Below, piece by piece: positions 19,606 to 30,037 of a stretch of DNA of 64,000 nucleotides. The DNA lies in the sequence record PP886230.1; one strand, 5' to 3'. How positions within the stretch are numbered: the first letter of the stretch is position 1; each line of letters opens with the position of its first letter. The translations under genes and the position numbers were made by a program. The notes below the pieces were generated by a model. That model worked only from the letters and a program-made list of their open reading frames with translations. It was not told the DNA's origin and did not search any database.

Positions 19606-20534
19606 TGAAACAACTACAAGAACTATATCAAAAAATTCTAGATGAAGGCGTAGAAAGCGTTGACCGTACTGGTGTTGGAACAATCAAACTTATCGGTCAA
19701 CAAATGCGTTTTGACCTTAAAGATGGTTTCCCAGCAGTGACGACAAAACGTCTAGCTTGGAAAGCAATGACTTCAGAATTACTATGGTTTATTGAAGGTT
19801 CCCATGATGAGCGTCGCCTTTGTGAAATTTTGCATGGAACTCGTGATACAGAAAAGAAAACTATTTGGACAGATAATTACCTAAATCAAGGCGTTGCTCT
19901 TGGTTATACTGATGGTGAGTTAGGTCCAGTGTATGGTAAGCAATGGCGTGAATGGGAAGATTATAAATTTAGTTCCAGTACTGAAGAAATTCAAGAATTA
20001 AAAGATAAAGGATACAAAGTTATCGATTATACTGGTTCACATGGTGTTGTTATGAAACGTACAACTGACCAATTACAAGAACTAATCAAAGGTATAAAGT
20101 CCGATCCATATGGCCGTCGCCACATTCTAAGTGCATGGAACGTTGGTGAGCTTGATGATATGACGTTACCACCTTGTCATAGCTTTGTGCAATTTTGTGT
20201 AGTGCAAGGGAAACTAAGCTGTATTCTGCATCAACGCTCCGCTGATCTATTTTTAGGAGTTCCATTTAATATCAGTAGTTACTCACTACTAACTCATATG
20301 ATTGCACAAATTACTGGTTTAGATGTTGGTGAATTTATTTGGAATGGTGGTGATTGTCACATTTATAAAAACCACGTTGAACAAGTAAAAGAACAACTAC
20401 AGCGAAAACCTCGTGAATTACCTGAATTGTGGCTTGATCCTACAATTACTAATATTGAAGATTTCACTATGGATTCTTTTAAATTAGTGAATTACAACCC
20501 AATGCCAACAATTAAAGCACCTATGGCTGTATAA
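19605..20534 (+). CDS. thyA: thymidylate synthase
   Basis: DRTGVGT, ELLWFIEG, GPVYGKQWR, SAWN, catalytic LPPCH, QRSADLFLGVPFN, GDCHIY. Confidence 0.97.
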   Translation: MKQLQELYQKILDEGVESVDRTGVGTIKLIGQQMRFDLKDGFPAVTTKRLAWKAMTSELLWFIEGSHDERRLCEILHGTRDTEKKTIWTDNYLNQGVALGYTDGELGPVYGKQWREWEDYKFSSSTEEIQELKDKGYKVIDYTGSHGVVMKRTTDQLQELIKGIKSDPYGRRHILSAWNVGELDDMTLPPCHSFVQFCVVQGKLSCILHQRSADLFLGVPFNISSYSLLTHMIAQITGLDVGEFIWNGGDCHIYKNHVEQVKEQLQRKPRELPELWLDPTITNIEDFTMDSFKLVNYNPMPTIKAPMAV

Positions 20535-20537
20535 ACG

Positions 20538-20567
20538 AAAAGGGAGAACATCAGTTCTCCCTTTTTT
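20538..20567. terminator. bidirectional terminator between convergent operons
   Basis: aaaagggagaac-atca-gttctccctttttt. Confidence 0.85.
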
Positions 20568-20568
20568 A

Positions 20569-22533
20569 TTATCTAATTGTTACCAATGTTCTTCCGTCGA
20601 AACGTACATCAGGAGTTGAAGGTATACTAAACACTACGTTAGTGCCGTTAAACGTAACGCTATCGACCTCAACACGAGTATAGACACCAGGACTAACCTG
20701 TTCCTGTATCTCTGCTGTGACGATGTTTGAGGCTGTTACAGTAAGGGTGTAGTAGTTACCACTTAATACCCAAGATGAAATTGTAAAAGCATCGGTTCTC
20801 ACTGAACCTGAACCAATTGGAACCCATTGACCTTGAACTTTTTGCATTGAAGTACGCTCGGTATTGGAGTATGCAATCATACCATCAACGCCAACAGAGT
20901 TATCAATAGTAGCTAGTACTGGTAATTGGATACCATATCTATTAAAACGTGTTCTTATAGTTCCATTATCATAGATACTTACATCAGCATAATTACCCAT
21001 TGATAGTTTTAAATCAGAACTAACTAATTGGATTGTACTTTGATTAGTAGTACTTTCTAATGTAATTATACCATTAGCTAATAGATTTATATTTTTAAAT
21101 TTATTAGTTGTTCCATTGAAATTAGTGTTTGCTGTAAACGTACTAACTCCATTAACTGTAATTGTATCAGATGCAGCATCGCCTAATGTAGTATTACCTT
21201 GAATGTTCAAATTACCACTAGCAGTGATATTACTAGCTGATGTATCACCAGTCAATGTACTTGTACCATCAACCACAATATTACCATGAAACGCACTTTC
21301 ACCATTTTTAAATTCAACTTGTACTTTATTCATTGAACTAAATGAAATAATATTACTACTAGCACTTAGTCCAACATTAGTATTGGTTGCATTATCAAAT
21401 CTTAGTACTGGGGTTGATGCTGGGGTTGAAGTTGTTTGGTATAATGTTAATGTTGAATTATTAATTCTAATACGTTCAGTTCCAGCAGTACTGAAACCAA
21501 TTGCATCATCTGCTGGATGAAACATACCAGTATTAGCGTCTGACCATTTTGCAGGATCATTACCTGGGTTATTGGTTGGATCAAATGGATTGTTATTAAA
21601 TGTCAATGCTGGTGCTGCTGCACTACCATAGACCACACCAAAACGCCCTGAGCCGCTTGTTCCATCATTATACATGGAATCACCAGTTCTACGTAAACAT
21701 TCAATCACAACGTTATCTATGGATGTTTGTACGGTTCCTGCGTTTGTTCTAAATTGACGATGGTTTGCAATCATTACTGTATTGTCATATAATACAGAAG
21801 CAGCAGAAATGCTTGTTCTTGACTGGCGTAGACGTATGTTTTTATCTTCAGTTATAATGATCCAATCACCATCTGATAGTGCGGTTTGGTTCATTGGAAC
21901 GCCTGAAGCAAATGGTTTGGTTAAGTCAGCATCTGTTGCTAAATTTTTAAGACCATCATGACCAGTACTAGGAATAGATGCAGTAATAATTCTTGCAAAA
22001 GCGTATGTTACAAGTTTAGCACCAGATATATTTGGATTGGAGTCAACATAATATAAAATTTCAATCCAATTACCTTGACCAGTTGGGTTCGTAGGTGTAA
22101 ATGTAACAGGACTTGTTTGTGGATTATTTGCTTCATAATGGGCTTGTGCGGCATCCATAATACCACGAACAACATAATAATCACCATTTAGTGATGCTGC
22201 TGGTGCTGGTAGTGGTGTTTGTGCTAAAGGTGGATCAATATCATCTGGGATAGGATTGTATGTACCAACAAACTGTAAACCACTAGTTACTGAATCTGGT
22301 AATTGGGAAGTAAGAAGTTTACCATTTGCATCTAAGTTTGCAAAGCGGCGATATGCCATAGTACCATCTTCAAAATCCAGAACACCTTCAAATGATTTCC
22401 ATTCCTTATTGTATCTAATCATCCCTGATCTTATTACATCAGCGGTTTCTTTTGATGGTGCTTTCGGTAACTCTAAAAAAGATTTACTATCAATAATTAC
22501 ACCACCATCACCTCTAATTCGATTTATACTCAT
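20569..22533 (-). CDS. tail fibre-associated structural protein (654 aa)
   Basis: GSAAAPALTF...NTGMFHPADDAIGFSTAGTERIRI fibre repeat motif; beta-rich; late TAAATA at 22567-22572 (minus). Confidence 0.6.
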   Translation of the reverse strand: MSINRIRGDGGVIIDSKSFLELPKAPSKETADVIRSGMIRYNKEWKSFEGVLDFEDGTMAYRRFANLDANGKLLTSQLPDSVTSGLQFVGTYNPIPDDIDPPLAQTPLPAPAASLNGDYYVVRGIMDAAQAHYEANNPQTSPVTFTPTNPTGQGNWIEILYYVDSNPNISGAKLVTYAFARIITASIPSTGHDGLKNLATDADLTKPFASGVPMNQTALSDGDWIIITEDKNIRLRQSRTSISAASVLYDNTVMIANHRQFRTNAGTVQTSIDNVVIECLRRTGDSMYNDGTSGSGRFGVVYGSAAAPALTFNNNPFDPTNNPGNDPAKWSDANTGMFHPADDAIGFSTAGTERIRINNSTLTLYQTTSTPASTPVLRFDNATNTNVGLSASSNIISFSSMNKVQVEFKNGESAFHGNIVVDGTSTLTGDTSASNITASGNLNIQGNTTLGDAASDTITVNGVSTFTANTNFNGTTNKFKNINLLANGIITLESTTNQSTIQLVSSDLKLSMGNYADVSIYDNGTIRTRFNRYGIQLPVLATIDNSVGVDGMIAYSNTERTSMQKVQGQWVPIGSGSVRTDAFTISSWVLSGNYYTLTVTASNIVTAEIQEQVSPGVYTRVEVDSVTFNGTNVVFSIPSTPDVRFDGRTLVTIR

Positions 22534-22580
22534 TTAAATATTTCCTCAGAATAGATTTATATGATGTATTTATTTTAGTT

Positions 22581-22611
22581 AAAAGAAAAGGCCAAGCATA
22601 GGCTTGACCTT
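22581..22611 (-). terminator. intrinsic terminator
   Basis: aaggccaagc-atag-gcttgacctt with an A-run on + (U-tract on minus). Confidence 0.6.
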
Positions 22612-22617
22612 AAAAAA

Positions 22618-23397
22618 TTAACGTATACGTTCAGGAATATCAACACCTTCATATACCCAAGTTGCAGCTTGTTGTGCCTTATAAATTGCATCAGGATCTA
22701 AATCATCAACTGCATCAATTGCTGCACACTGATTGTCACATTCTGTAAACAATTGCTCAATCATAGCAAAGGCTCCAGTGTATAGTTGTGTCATTTCAGT
22801 AGCAGATAATTTTACAATTGCGTCATCAAGAAAAATAGAAACACTTTCAGAACCTGAAGTGACTTGTGTATAGTAATTAAGAAGCATTTGACGACCAGAC
22901 ATATCAGTACTGTAACGATGACCATTGAACATATAACCAGAATTCATACGATTTGTACGTTCTGATATAGTTCTTGCTTTTAAATCAACTTTAACATCTG
23001 CTATTGGCATATCAATATAATGATATGTTTTAAGAACAGTTAGTGCTTTATATTCTTCGGTAGCGTCTTCTAAAAATTCAACAATAGGTTGATTTTCATC
23101 TTTTAATTTAATAAACTCCAACGGTTGTTCAATAGCATTAACATTTCCAACATTTTTATACACTAACCACCAAAAACCTTCTTCTTTTCTAACAGCATCA
23201 TTAGGTTCTACTGGGGAACCATCTTTACTTGAAATACCATAAAGAGTTCTAATATCACTATAAAGATAACGATAGGTTTGTGGATCTTCTGGTGTTGCAC
23301 CAGGACGTTCTTTAAGTCCTTTTACACCAATTGGATTGGAAATAATGTTTCCCAATTCATAATTTTCTTTTGAATTTCCTTTCACATATGTGAACAT
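22618..23397 (-). CDS. tail fibre assembly-type protein (DUF4376-like C-terminus)
   Basis: RTNRMNSGYMFNGHRYSTD..GRQML...LSATEMTQL...I..LF......AAIDA pattern; directly downstream of the long fibre. Confidence 0.6.
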   Translation of the reverse strand: MFTYVKGNSKENYELGNIISNPIGVKGLKERPGATPEDPQTYRYLYSDIRTLYGISSKDGSPVEPNDAVRKEEGFWWLVYKNVGNVNAIEQPLEFIKLKDENQPIVEFLEDATEEYKALTVLKTYHYIDMPIADVKVDLKARTISERTNRMNSGYMFNGHRYSTDMSGRQMLLNYYTQVTSGSESVSIFLDDAIVKLSATEMTQLYTGAFAMIEQLFTECDNQCAAIDAVDDLDPDAIYKAQQAATWVYEGVDIPERIR

Positions 23398-23461
23398 ATA
23401 ACTACCTCACTTGTTATGATGGTGTCACCCAAAATGAGTGACACCTTTATTATTATAATTA

Positions 23462-26400
23462 TTAAGCAGTACGTTGTGCAATAAACATATCTGTTACTGG
23501 ACTCACACCGTCATAAATGACTTGGTAGATAGTTACAGAGTTTGCAGTTTTGTTCAGTGTGCCATCAACAACCGCATAAGTACCATCAGTAGTAAAGTTT
23601 CTATTACCTGTTGCATCTTGTTTCACATAAATGTATACTGAAGATGCTTTACCACCACCGATTAGACCAGTGATTGGTGCTAGAGTGGTATCTTGATCTA
23701 GAGTGATAAAGTATACGTTGCTAGTACCGTCTGGGGTCCAAGTACCAGTTGGTGCGATAACAGAAGAAGTTACTTGATTAGGAATAACATCATATTTTTT
23801 AGTAGTTACTGTTGTAGTAGTTAGGTCAGCATTAGTAGTTGTTAATTGACCAGTTACAGTTACATCTTTATCAAATACTGCATTTTCTTTGAAAGAAGAT
23901 GTTGCATTGACAGTTAATGTATCAGCAGCAGCGTCACCTAAAACAACACTACCATTTGCAGTCATTAAACCAGTAACAGTTAAAGTACCACCGATTGTTG
24001 CTGCTCCAGTAACAGATGCACTAGCAAGTGTTGCTGCACCAGAAGTAGTAATGGTAGTTACTGAAGTTGCTGCTAGGGTTGCAGTACCTGTTGCAGAAAT
24101 ATCACCACCAACAGTTAGGTTACCAGAAGTAATTCCAACGGTTCCAGTAATGTTAGCACCACTTGACATTGTTACTGCACCACCAAATGAACCAGTAGTA
24201 GTTACTTCAAGGGTGTTCCCTTTTAGTAGACCAGTTGCAGTAATACTTGTACCTGCGGTAATACTAGTACCAGCAGCAACACTGTTGGTTGCAGTTAATG
24301 ATTTAACAGCCACGTCAGAGTTTGCTTGGTTTAGTGTTGCGTTAAGTAGACCAGTTACTGTAAAGTTACCGTTGTTAACTACGTTACCATTGATTGTTAA
24401 GTTGTTGTTTTGTGAACCAACATCACCAATAGTTGCTGATTTGGAAATCAACTCTGCACCAGAAGTAATATTACCCGCTGCACTAATAGTGTCCGCCGCA
24501 ACAACTGCATAAGGTTCAATTGTTTGACCACTAACGTCAATATCAGCGTTGATACCACCATCTACACGCAAGGAGCCAGCAATGTAAGTATTAGGGAAAA
24601 TCTGAACTGTCTCTGGTTGATCGCCAATTTTAGTACCGATAATAACATCAGCACCAGTTTTAACTGCACCAGAGGTTGTTAGAGAACCTAAAGTTGTAGC
24701 ACCAGTTACACCTAATGTACCACCAATTGTTGCGTTATTAGTAACTGCTAACGCAGCACCTTCACCATTAAGAGCGATTGATGGAGCAGATACTGCACCA
24801 GTTACGCCTAATGTGCCACCAATTGTTGCGTTGCCATCTGAATGTAGAGTTGTAGCTACAGAAAGACTGTTAGCAACTACATCAGTACTAGCTAAATCCA
24901 ATGCACCTGGGGTTAATGTACCAGTAATGTTAACATTATTACCAAAGGTCGCTGCACCAGTCACATCTAGTGTAGTACTAAATGTACCAGATGTTGCAGA
25001 GATTGCACCTGAATCTAGTGATCCAACAGTTGCTTTACCAGTTACACCTAAAGTTCCACCAACAGTTCCATTTGTGGTTACATCCAATGTACCAGTACTT
25101 AGTTCTTGTGCGGTTACCTTACCGGATGCAGTAACAGTTGAAGTGGAAACACCACCAGTTAGAGTACTAGCACCAGTAACACTTAATGTGGTTGCCGCAG
25201 TTACGCTATTCACACTAAGATCAGCACCGGATAAGTCCAAACCACCTTCAGGAACAAATACACCCTTAACAGTTAGTTTTTGTACTGTACTATCACCTGT
25301 TACATCCAATGTAGAAGCAGTTAAACCACCATTCATACTTGCTGCACCAGTAACACCTAGTGTAGTGGTTACAGTAGCACTATTAAGTGTTGAGCTACCA
25401 GAAATATTAGCACTAGAAGCAGTAATAGTTCCAGAATCAACTTGTATACCACCAGCAACAACCTGAATTCCACCAGCATTAACTGTTAGTTTACCAGCAG
25501 TATTCAATGTATTTGAAACTGTTGTTGCACCAGTTAAAGTTGTAGTGCCAGTTACACCTAAGTTACCAGAAATAGATGGACTACCTGTAATGTTACCAGT
25601 AGTTAGTATCAAATCAGTACCTACGGTAGTGGAGCCAGTACTTTCTAGTGTTACACCGACGATGTTTGCAGAACTTAGGTTAATAGTACCATCAACAGTT
25701 AAGTTACCTTGAACGGTTGCATCACCTAGAGAAGTTAATGTCTTCACAGACACATCAGTTGTGCTAAGATCAATAACACCCGCAGTTAGTGTTCCAGATA
25801 CTGCTAAATTACCAGTAATCGCGGTATTTTTAGTAATGGATACATTTTCTGCCGCTGAAGTAATAGAACCAACAGTAAGTACACCACCAACAGTTGCGTT
25901 ATTAGTTACATTTAGAGCAGTTCCAACACCAGATAGTGTTGCTGACCCACCAGTAATTGCACCTGAGATTGAAGCTGTTGCTGCTGAAACATCACCAGAA
26001 ACTACTGCATTTGTTGCATTTAGAGCAGACACTGTAACTTCAGTACTTTGAACTTTAGGTAGAACGTTGATACCTTCTGCACTACTAACTGTAATAATAC
26101 CAGTACTTGTTAGAGATTTAACAGATACATCAGCACCACTTAAATCAACTGTACCAGAAACAACAAGATCTCCACCAATATTTGCTCCAGCGGTAGTAGT
26201 AATGGATTTTGCACTTACATCAGTTGTGCTCAAATCAATTGCACCTGGTGTTACTGTACCAGAAACTGTTAGGTCACCAGTAATAGATGTATTATTGGAA
26301 ATAGATACACCATCAACGTTACTAATTGTTGGGGTTTCTACAGAAACTGCTTTAACTTTACCTGAAGAAGTTACGTCAGCTACGGTAGATGCACCAGTAA

Positions 26401-28987
26401 CATTCAAATTAGTAATATTTGCAGTTGTTGAACCAAGGGTTGCAATAGTTGCATCAGTACTTTGAAGTTTAGGTAGAACACTACTAATTGTGGATTCATT
26501 ACTAACAATTGCACCAGTACTAGTTAAAGATTTGACAGTAACATCAGCCGTAGTAAGATCTACTGTACCATTAACAGTTAGGTTACCACCAATAGTTGCA
26601 CCAGCAGTAGTAGTAATGGATTTAGCATTAACATCAGTTGTTGCTAGATCGATAGAGCCTGGAATAACTGCACCAGTAACAGTTAGGTCACCAGTTACAT
26701 TTGTATTATTGGAAATAGTGACACCACTTGCATTTGAAATGGTTGGGGTAACCAACGATGCAGTTGTAGTTTCACCAGTTACAGTTAAAGTTGACCCAAC
26801 TAGAACAGATGAGCTTGAGTAAATTGTACCCAAATTAGCAGATCCGGTAACAGTTATATCATCAGCATTAACAGTAGTTGCCGTTATGGTAGTACTATTA
26901 AGTACTGGAAGTACGTTAGCATTAACAAGATCATTACTTTTAACAATACCAGAAGTAGTTAATGATTTAACATTAAGGTCGGCTGCTGATAAATCAAAAG
27001 AGCCTTGAACTACTAAATCACCACCAATAGTTGCACCAGCAGTAGTAGTGATTGATTTAGCATTAATATCGGTAGTGCTCAAGTCTAGAGAACCAACAGT
27101 TAAGCTACCAGTAATATCAACATTTTCTGTAAAGTTAGTATTACCACTAATAGTTGGTGCAGTCAGAGTTGTTGCACTAATATTAGTACCGTTAATTGTT
27201 TGCCCACTTACAGTTCCACTCGCAGTGATAGTAGGGGCCGTTACTTCAGTAGATGCACTAATTGTTGGTGCAGATACAGAAGTTGTACCAGTAATAGAAC
27301 CAGAACTTACTGAACCAGCGGATAATGCACCAGAAAGAGTTGCAGTTGTACCAGCAATATCACCAGTAACAGTTAGTTTAGCACCCACGGTAGTGTTACC
27401 AGTACTTTCAAGTGTTGCACCTTTAATATTTGCTGCCGCGACAACAGAATTAGGTGTTAGATCCTGCCCACTAACATCAACAGTTAGTCCAGTTACTGTT
27501 CCAGTAAATTCAACATCATTAAGAATTGCTTTACCACCAACTTGTAGGAATGGTGTACCTGGAGCTTGTGTTTCGTTACCAGTAATAGTTAGGTAATCTA
27601 GTTTGTTTAGACCGTTACCAGTAATACCATAAGTGGAAAGAGAAGCGTTACCGAAAGTTGCTGTTTTAAGAACGTTCAATGTAGAAGGAGAAACGACTTC
27701 TGATTGAACTTCGTTAGGTAGAATAACTGTTGGGCGTTGACCTGGTGCAGTATATCCAAAACCTAGTTTCACTGCCGCATCTTGACTATTTTGACCTAAG
27801 CTGATAGCTTTAAAGGATGCAGTACTGTTATAACCAGTAATATTAGAACCAAGAGTAACACCACCAACTAATGAAGTTACACCAGTAACGTTCAAAGATA
27901 CTGCATTAATATCGTCTAGTTGGAACGTTCCACCAAGAAGACCAGAAACATTAATGTTATTAAAATTAGCAGTACCAGTACTTTCGATATTTGGAATAGT
28001 TGCAGTTCCGGTTACTTCAAAGTCAGCAACTTTAGTTTTTCCTTTTTGAACTTCTAATAGTGGTGTGTCTGGTGATTGTGTATTGTTACCAGAAACTGTT
28101 AGATAATCTAATTTGTTTAGACCATTACCAGTAATACCATAAGAAGATAATGACGCATTACCAAAAGAAGCAGAGGTCAATACTGTCAAGTTTGCAGGTG
28201 ACATTAGCTCGGACTGAATTTCGTTTTGTAGAATAACAGTTGGGCGTTTACCAGGAGCAGTGTAAGGGAAGCTTAATCTGAAGGTTTGTGATTCAGAGTT
28301 AGAACCAATACGAATGTCTTTAAAAGTAGCAGTACTGTTAATACCAGTTACGTTAGCACCGAAAGTTACTGCACCTTGTTGGTTAGATGCACCAGTAACG
28401 TTCAATGTTACTGCATTTAAGTCAGATAGATTAAACTCACCACCAAGTGTACCACTAATTGTCACATCGTTAAATGTAGCAGTACCAGTACTACTAATAT
28501 CTGTTGTACTTACATTAGTAATTTCTGCGGTATTAGCAGTAATTTTATCAAATGCAGCAGTAGTCCCAACATCAGCAGTAATATTACCTTTAAATGCTGT
28601 TGTTTCAGCAACTTCTAAGTTTTTAACTTTAGTTGCTTGTAGAGTGGTTGTACCAGCAGTTTGTGTAAAATCAGAACCAACTGATACAGTACCGTTAAAG
28701 GTAGCGTTTGAATTAATTGTTGCTGTATCAGACCCGACAACTGCACTACCGATTGTAGTATTACCCTCAACACCAAGACCACCAGAAAGTGTTGCTTTGC
28801 CACCTACATCTAAAGTAGATGTAATGTTGGCAGTTGATGATTCAATGGCAGTAAAAGTTGCATTTGCAAAAGTTACAGTACCATTTACAGTTAGGTTATT
28901 GTTGAAAACAGCATTTCCTTTGACTAAAAGATCCTTACCAACCGTACCAGCACCAGTAATATCTAAGTCAGTTTTTATTGAGTACAT
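23462..28987 (-). CDS. long repetitive tail fibre protein (1841 aa)
   Basis: T/G/S/V/A-rich strand repeats (GNLTVTG, GGTLGVTG); C-terminal YVKQDATGNRNF...NSVTIYQVIYDG fibre-tip domain. Confidence 0.8.
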   Translation of the reverse strand: MYSIKTDLDITGAGTVGKDLLVKGNAVFNNNLTVNGTVTFANATFTAIESSTANITSTLDVGGKATLSGGLGVEGNTTIGSAVVGSDTATINSNATFNGTVSVGSDFTQTAGTTTLQATKVKNLEVAETTAFKGNITADVGTTAAFDKITANTAEITNVSTTDISSTGTATFNDVTISGTLGGEFNLSDLNAVTLNVTGASNQQGAVTFGANVTGINSTATFKDIRIGSNSESQTFRLSFPYTAPGKRPTVILQNEIQSELMSPANLTVLTSASFGNASLSSYGITGNGLNKLDYLTVSGNNTQSPDTPLLEVQKGKTKVADFEVTGTATIPNIESTGTANFNNINVSGLLGGTFQLDDINAVSLNVTGVTSLVGGVTLGSNITGYNSTASFKAISLGQNSQDAAVKLGFGYTAPGQRPTVILPNEVQSEVVSPSTLNVLKTATFGNASLSTYGITGNGLNKLDYLTITGNETQAPGTPFLQVGGKAILNDVEFTGTVTGLTVDVSGQDLTPNSVVAAANIKGATLESTGNTTVGAKLTVTGDIAGTTATLSGALSAGSVSSGSITGTTSVSAPTISASTEVTAPTITASGTVSGQTINGTNISATTLTAPTISGNTNFTENVDITGSLTVGSLDLSTTDINAKSITTTAGATIGGDLVVQGSFDLSAADLNVKSLTTSGIVKSNDLVNANVLPVLNSTTITATTVNADDITVTGSANLGTIYSSSSVLVGSTLTVTGETTTASLVTPTISNASGVTISNNTNVTGDLTVTGAVIPGSIDLATTDVNAKSITTTAGATIGGNLTVNGTVDLTTADVTVKSLTSTGAIVSNESTISSVLPKLQSTDATIATLGSTTANITNLNVTGASTVADVTSSGKVKAVSVETPTISNVDGVSISNNTSITGDLTVSGTVTPGAIDLSTTDVSAKSITTTAGANIGGDLVVSGTVDLSGADVSVKSLTSTGIITVSSAEGINVLPKVQSTEVTVSALNATNAVVSGDVSAATASISGAITGGSATLSGVGTALNVTNNATVGGVLTVGSITSAAENVSITKNTAITGNLAVSGTLTAGVIDLSTTDVSVKTLTSLGDATVQGNLTVDGTINLSSANIVGVTLESTGSTTVGTDLILTTGNITGSPSISGNLGVTGTTTLTGATTVSNTLNTAGKLTVNAGGIQVVAGGIQVDSGTITASSANISGSSTLNSATVTTTLGVTGAASMNGGLTASTLDVTGDSTVQKLTVKGVFVPEGGLDLSGADLSVNSVTAATTLSVTGASTLTGGVSTSTVTASGKVTAQELSTGTLDVTTNGTVGGTLGVTGKATVGSLDSGAISATSGTFSTTLDVTGAATFGNNVNITGTLTPGALDLASTDVVANSLSVATTLHSDGNATIGGTLGVTGAVSAPSIALNGEGAALAVTNNATIGGTLGVTGATTLGSLTTSGAVKTGADVIIGTKIGDQPETVQIFPNTYIAGSLRVDGGINADIDVSGQTIEPYAVVAADTISAAGNITSGAELISKSATIGDVGSQNNNLTINGNVVNNGNFTVTGLLNATLNQANSDVAVKSLTATNSVAAGTSITAGTSITATGLLKGNTLEVTTTGSFGGAVTMSSGANITGTVGITSGNLTVGGDISATGTATLAATSVTTITTSGAATLASASVTGAATIGGTLTVTGLMTANGSVVLGDAAADTLTVNATSSFKENAVFDKDVTVTGQLTTTNADLTTTTVTTKKYDVIPNQVTSSVIAPTGTWTPDGTSNVYFITLDQDTTLAPITGLIGGGKASSVYIYVKQDATGNRNFTTDGTYAVVDGTLNKTANSVTIYQVIYDGVSPVTDMFIAQRTA
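25700..27200 (-). repeat. three clear plus one degenerate ~140-155-aa repeats within the long fibre
   Basis: DL.TTD..AKSITTTAGA.IGG.L.V.G..DL..AD..VKSLTS.G; anchors 27033, 26598, 26184, 25719. Confidence 0.85.
27500..28500 (-). repeat. two tandem 170-aa units (510-nt period) within the long fibre
   Basis: YTAPG.RPTVIL.NE.QSE..SP..L.VL..A.FGNASLS.YGITGNGLNKLDYLT occurs twice; anchors 28492/27982 and 28120/27610. Confidence 0.9.
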
Positions 28988-29083
28988 TTATACCCTCCAT
29001 TATAACCTTGTTAATATGTATATATTTAGTTTTATTATGCTGTTATCCAACAATTAATATGTTATTTGACAAAAGCAAATATA

Positions 29084-29117
29084 ATAAAAACCAGACTTAT
29101 TTAGAACAAGTCTGGTT
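29084..29117. terminator. terminator hairpin
   Basis: aaccagactt-atttagaac-aagtctggtt flanked by A- and T-runs. Confidence 0.65.
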
Positions 29118-29124
29118 AATTTTT

Positions 29125-30021
29125 TTACTTACCAGAGATGACAATCTTACCACTGAAAGAAATATCAGAAGTGAAGATTACATCACCAGTACTACTAATT
29201 TGTGTATCAGTCACTACCAATTCAAATGGAGATGACGAAACACTCCCAGGTGTTTTATTTGCATAAATTGAAATATACAAATTATCTGGTGTTTGATTGT
29301 GTTCAGATGCAGGAATAGTGATTGTAAAATCACCATCACTAGAAACCCAATCTGCTTGGTTTACCAATTTACTATAAGGTACTGTCATTGTTGTTGCTCC
29401 TATAATGTTTACTTTAACACTTGCATAATCTGTGATTTGACCAATCACATCAATTGTTATATCCCCAATACCACTAACTGTTACTGTGGTTTGGAATACT
29501 GATTCCAATGCAACATTACCTGGGTCACCTTGTAGTTGGATCATAATATCAGAACCTCTACCATGAACTGATTCTGGTAGTGTGTAAGTATAATGATCAG
29601 TAGTATCTGGCACTAATGTAAATGCAGAAACAGGAACTATTTCAGTAGTTACATATGAGCTATCAGTCCCAGGTGAGCTACCTTTAAATGGTTTCCAAAT
29701 ACCAAGGTCTTTAATATAAATTTGAAGAACATTAGTACTATCAACCAAAAAGTAAACGTCACCATCTAGACCGATCGAATCGGATGGTGCTGTTGTTCCA
29801 CGTAAGATACCAGAACTACCACCACCACTGTGTGCGTTTAAATATCCCAATGTAACCAAGTGTGTGTTTGCAGTTGGTTCACCTGCTGAAATTGGAAGAA
29901 GTTGTGTTCCTGAGTAGTTTTGAATTTGCACAACACTACCATTTGTGGTAATCTGTGCACCATTCTTCCCAAGAATGAAGGACTTCTTCATGGTTCCTTC
30001 TAAATTAGAAAAAACTGCCAT
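29125..30021 (-). CDS. virion structural protein sharing its N-terminal module with the adjacent tailspike
   Basis: MAVFSNLEGTMKKSFILGKNGA N-terminus; two beta-sandwich-like YTLPESVHGRG / ITIPASEHNQ repeats. Confidence 0.7.
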   Translation of the reverse strand: MAVFSNLEGTMKKSFILGKNGAQITTNGSVVQIQNYSGTQLLPISAGEPTANTHLVTLGYLNAHSGGGSSGILRGTTAPSDSIGLDGDVYFLVDSTNVLQIYIKDLGIWKPFKGSSPGTDSSYVTTEIVPVSAFTLVPDTTDHYTYTLPESVHGRGSDIMIQLQGDPGNVALESVFQTTVTVSGIGDITIDVIGQITDYASVKVNIIGATTMTVPYSKLVNQADWVSSDGDFTITIPASEHNQTPDNLYISIYANKTPGSVSSSPFELVVTDTQISSTGDVIFTSDISFSGKIVISGK

Positions 30022-30037
30022 TTTAATATAATCTCCT

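Noticed and set aside
19605-20534. Possible group I intron or dCMP hydroxymethylase in the thymidylate synthase gene
   Set aside because: ORF is continuous with only a ~30-aa in-frame insertion, and it keeps the dUMP-specifying Asn (VPFN), so it is a normal TS
23889-29057. Long + strand ORFs (up to 247 aa) opposite the long fibre gene
   Set aside because: Antisense shadows: Thr/Gly/Val/Ser codons ending in T/A give few stops on the opposite strand; no SD, V/P/A/T-biased composition
29066-29085. TTGACA and TATAAT in an intergenic region
   Set aside because: Only 8 bp apart, so they cannot form a sigma70 promoter
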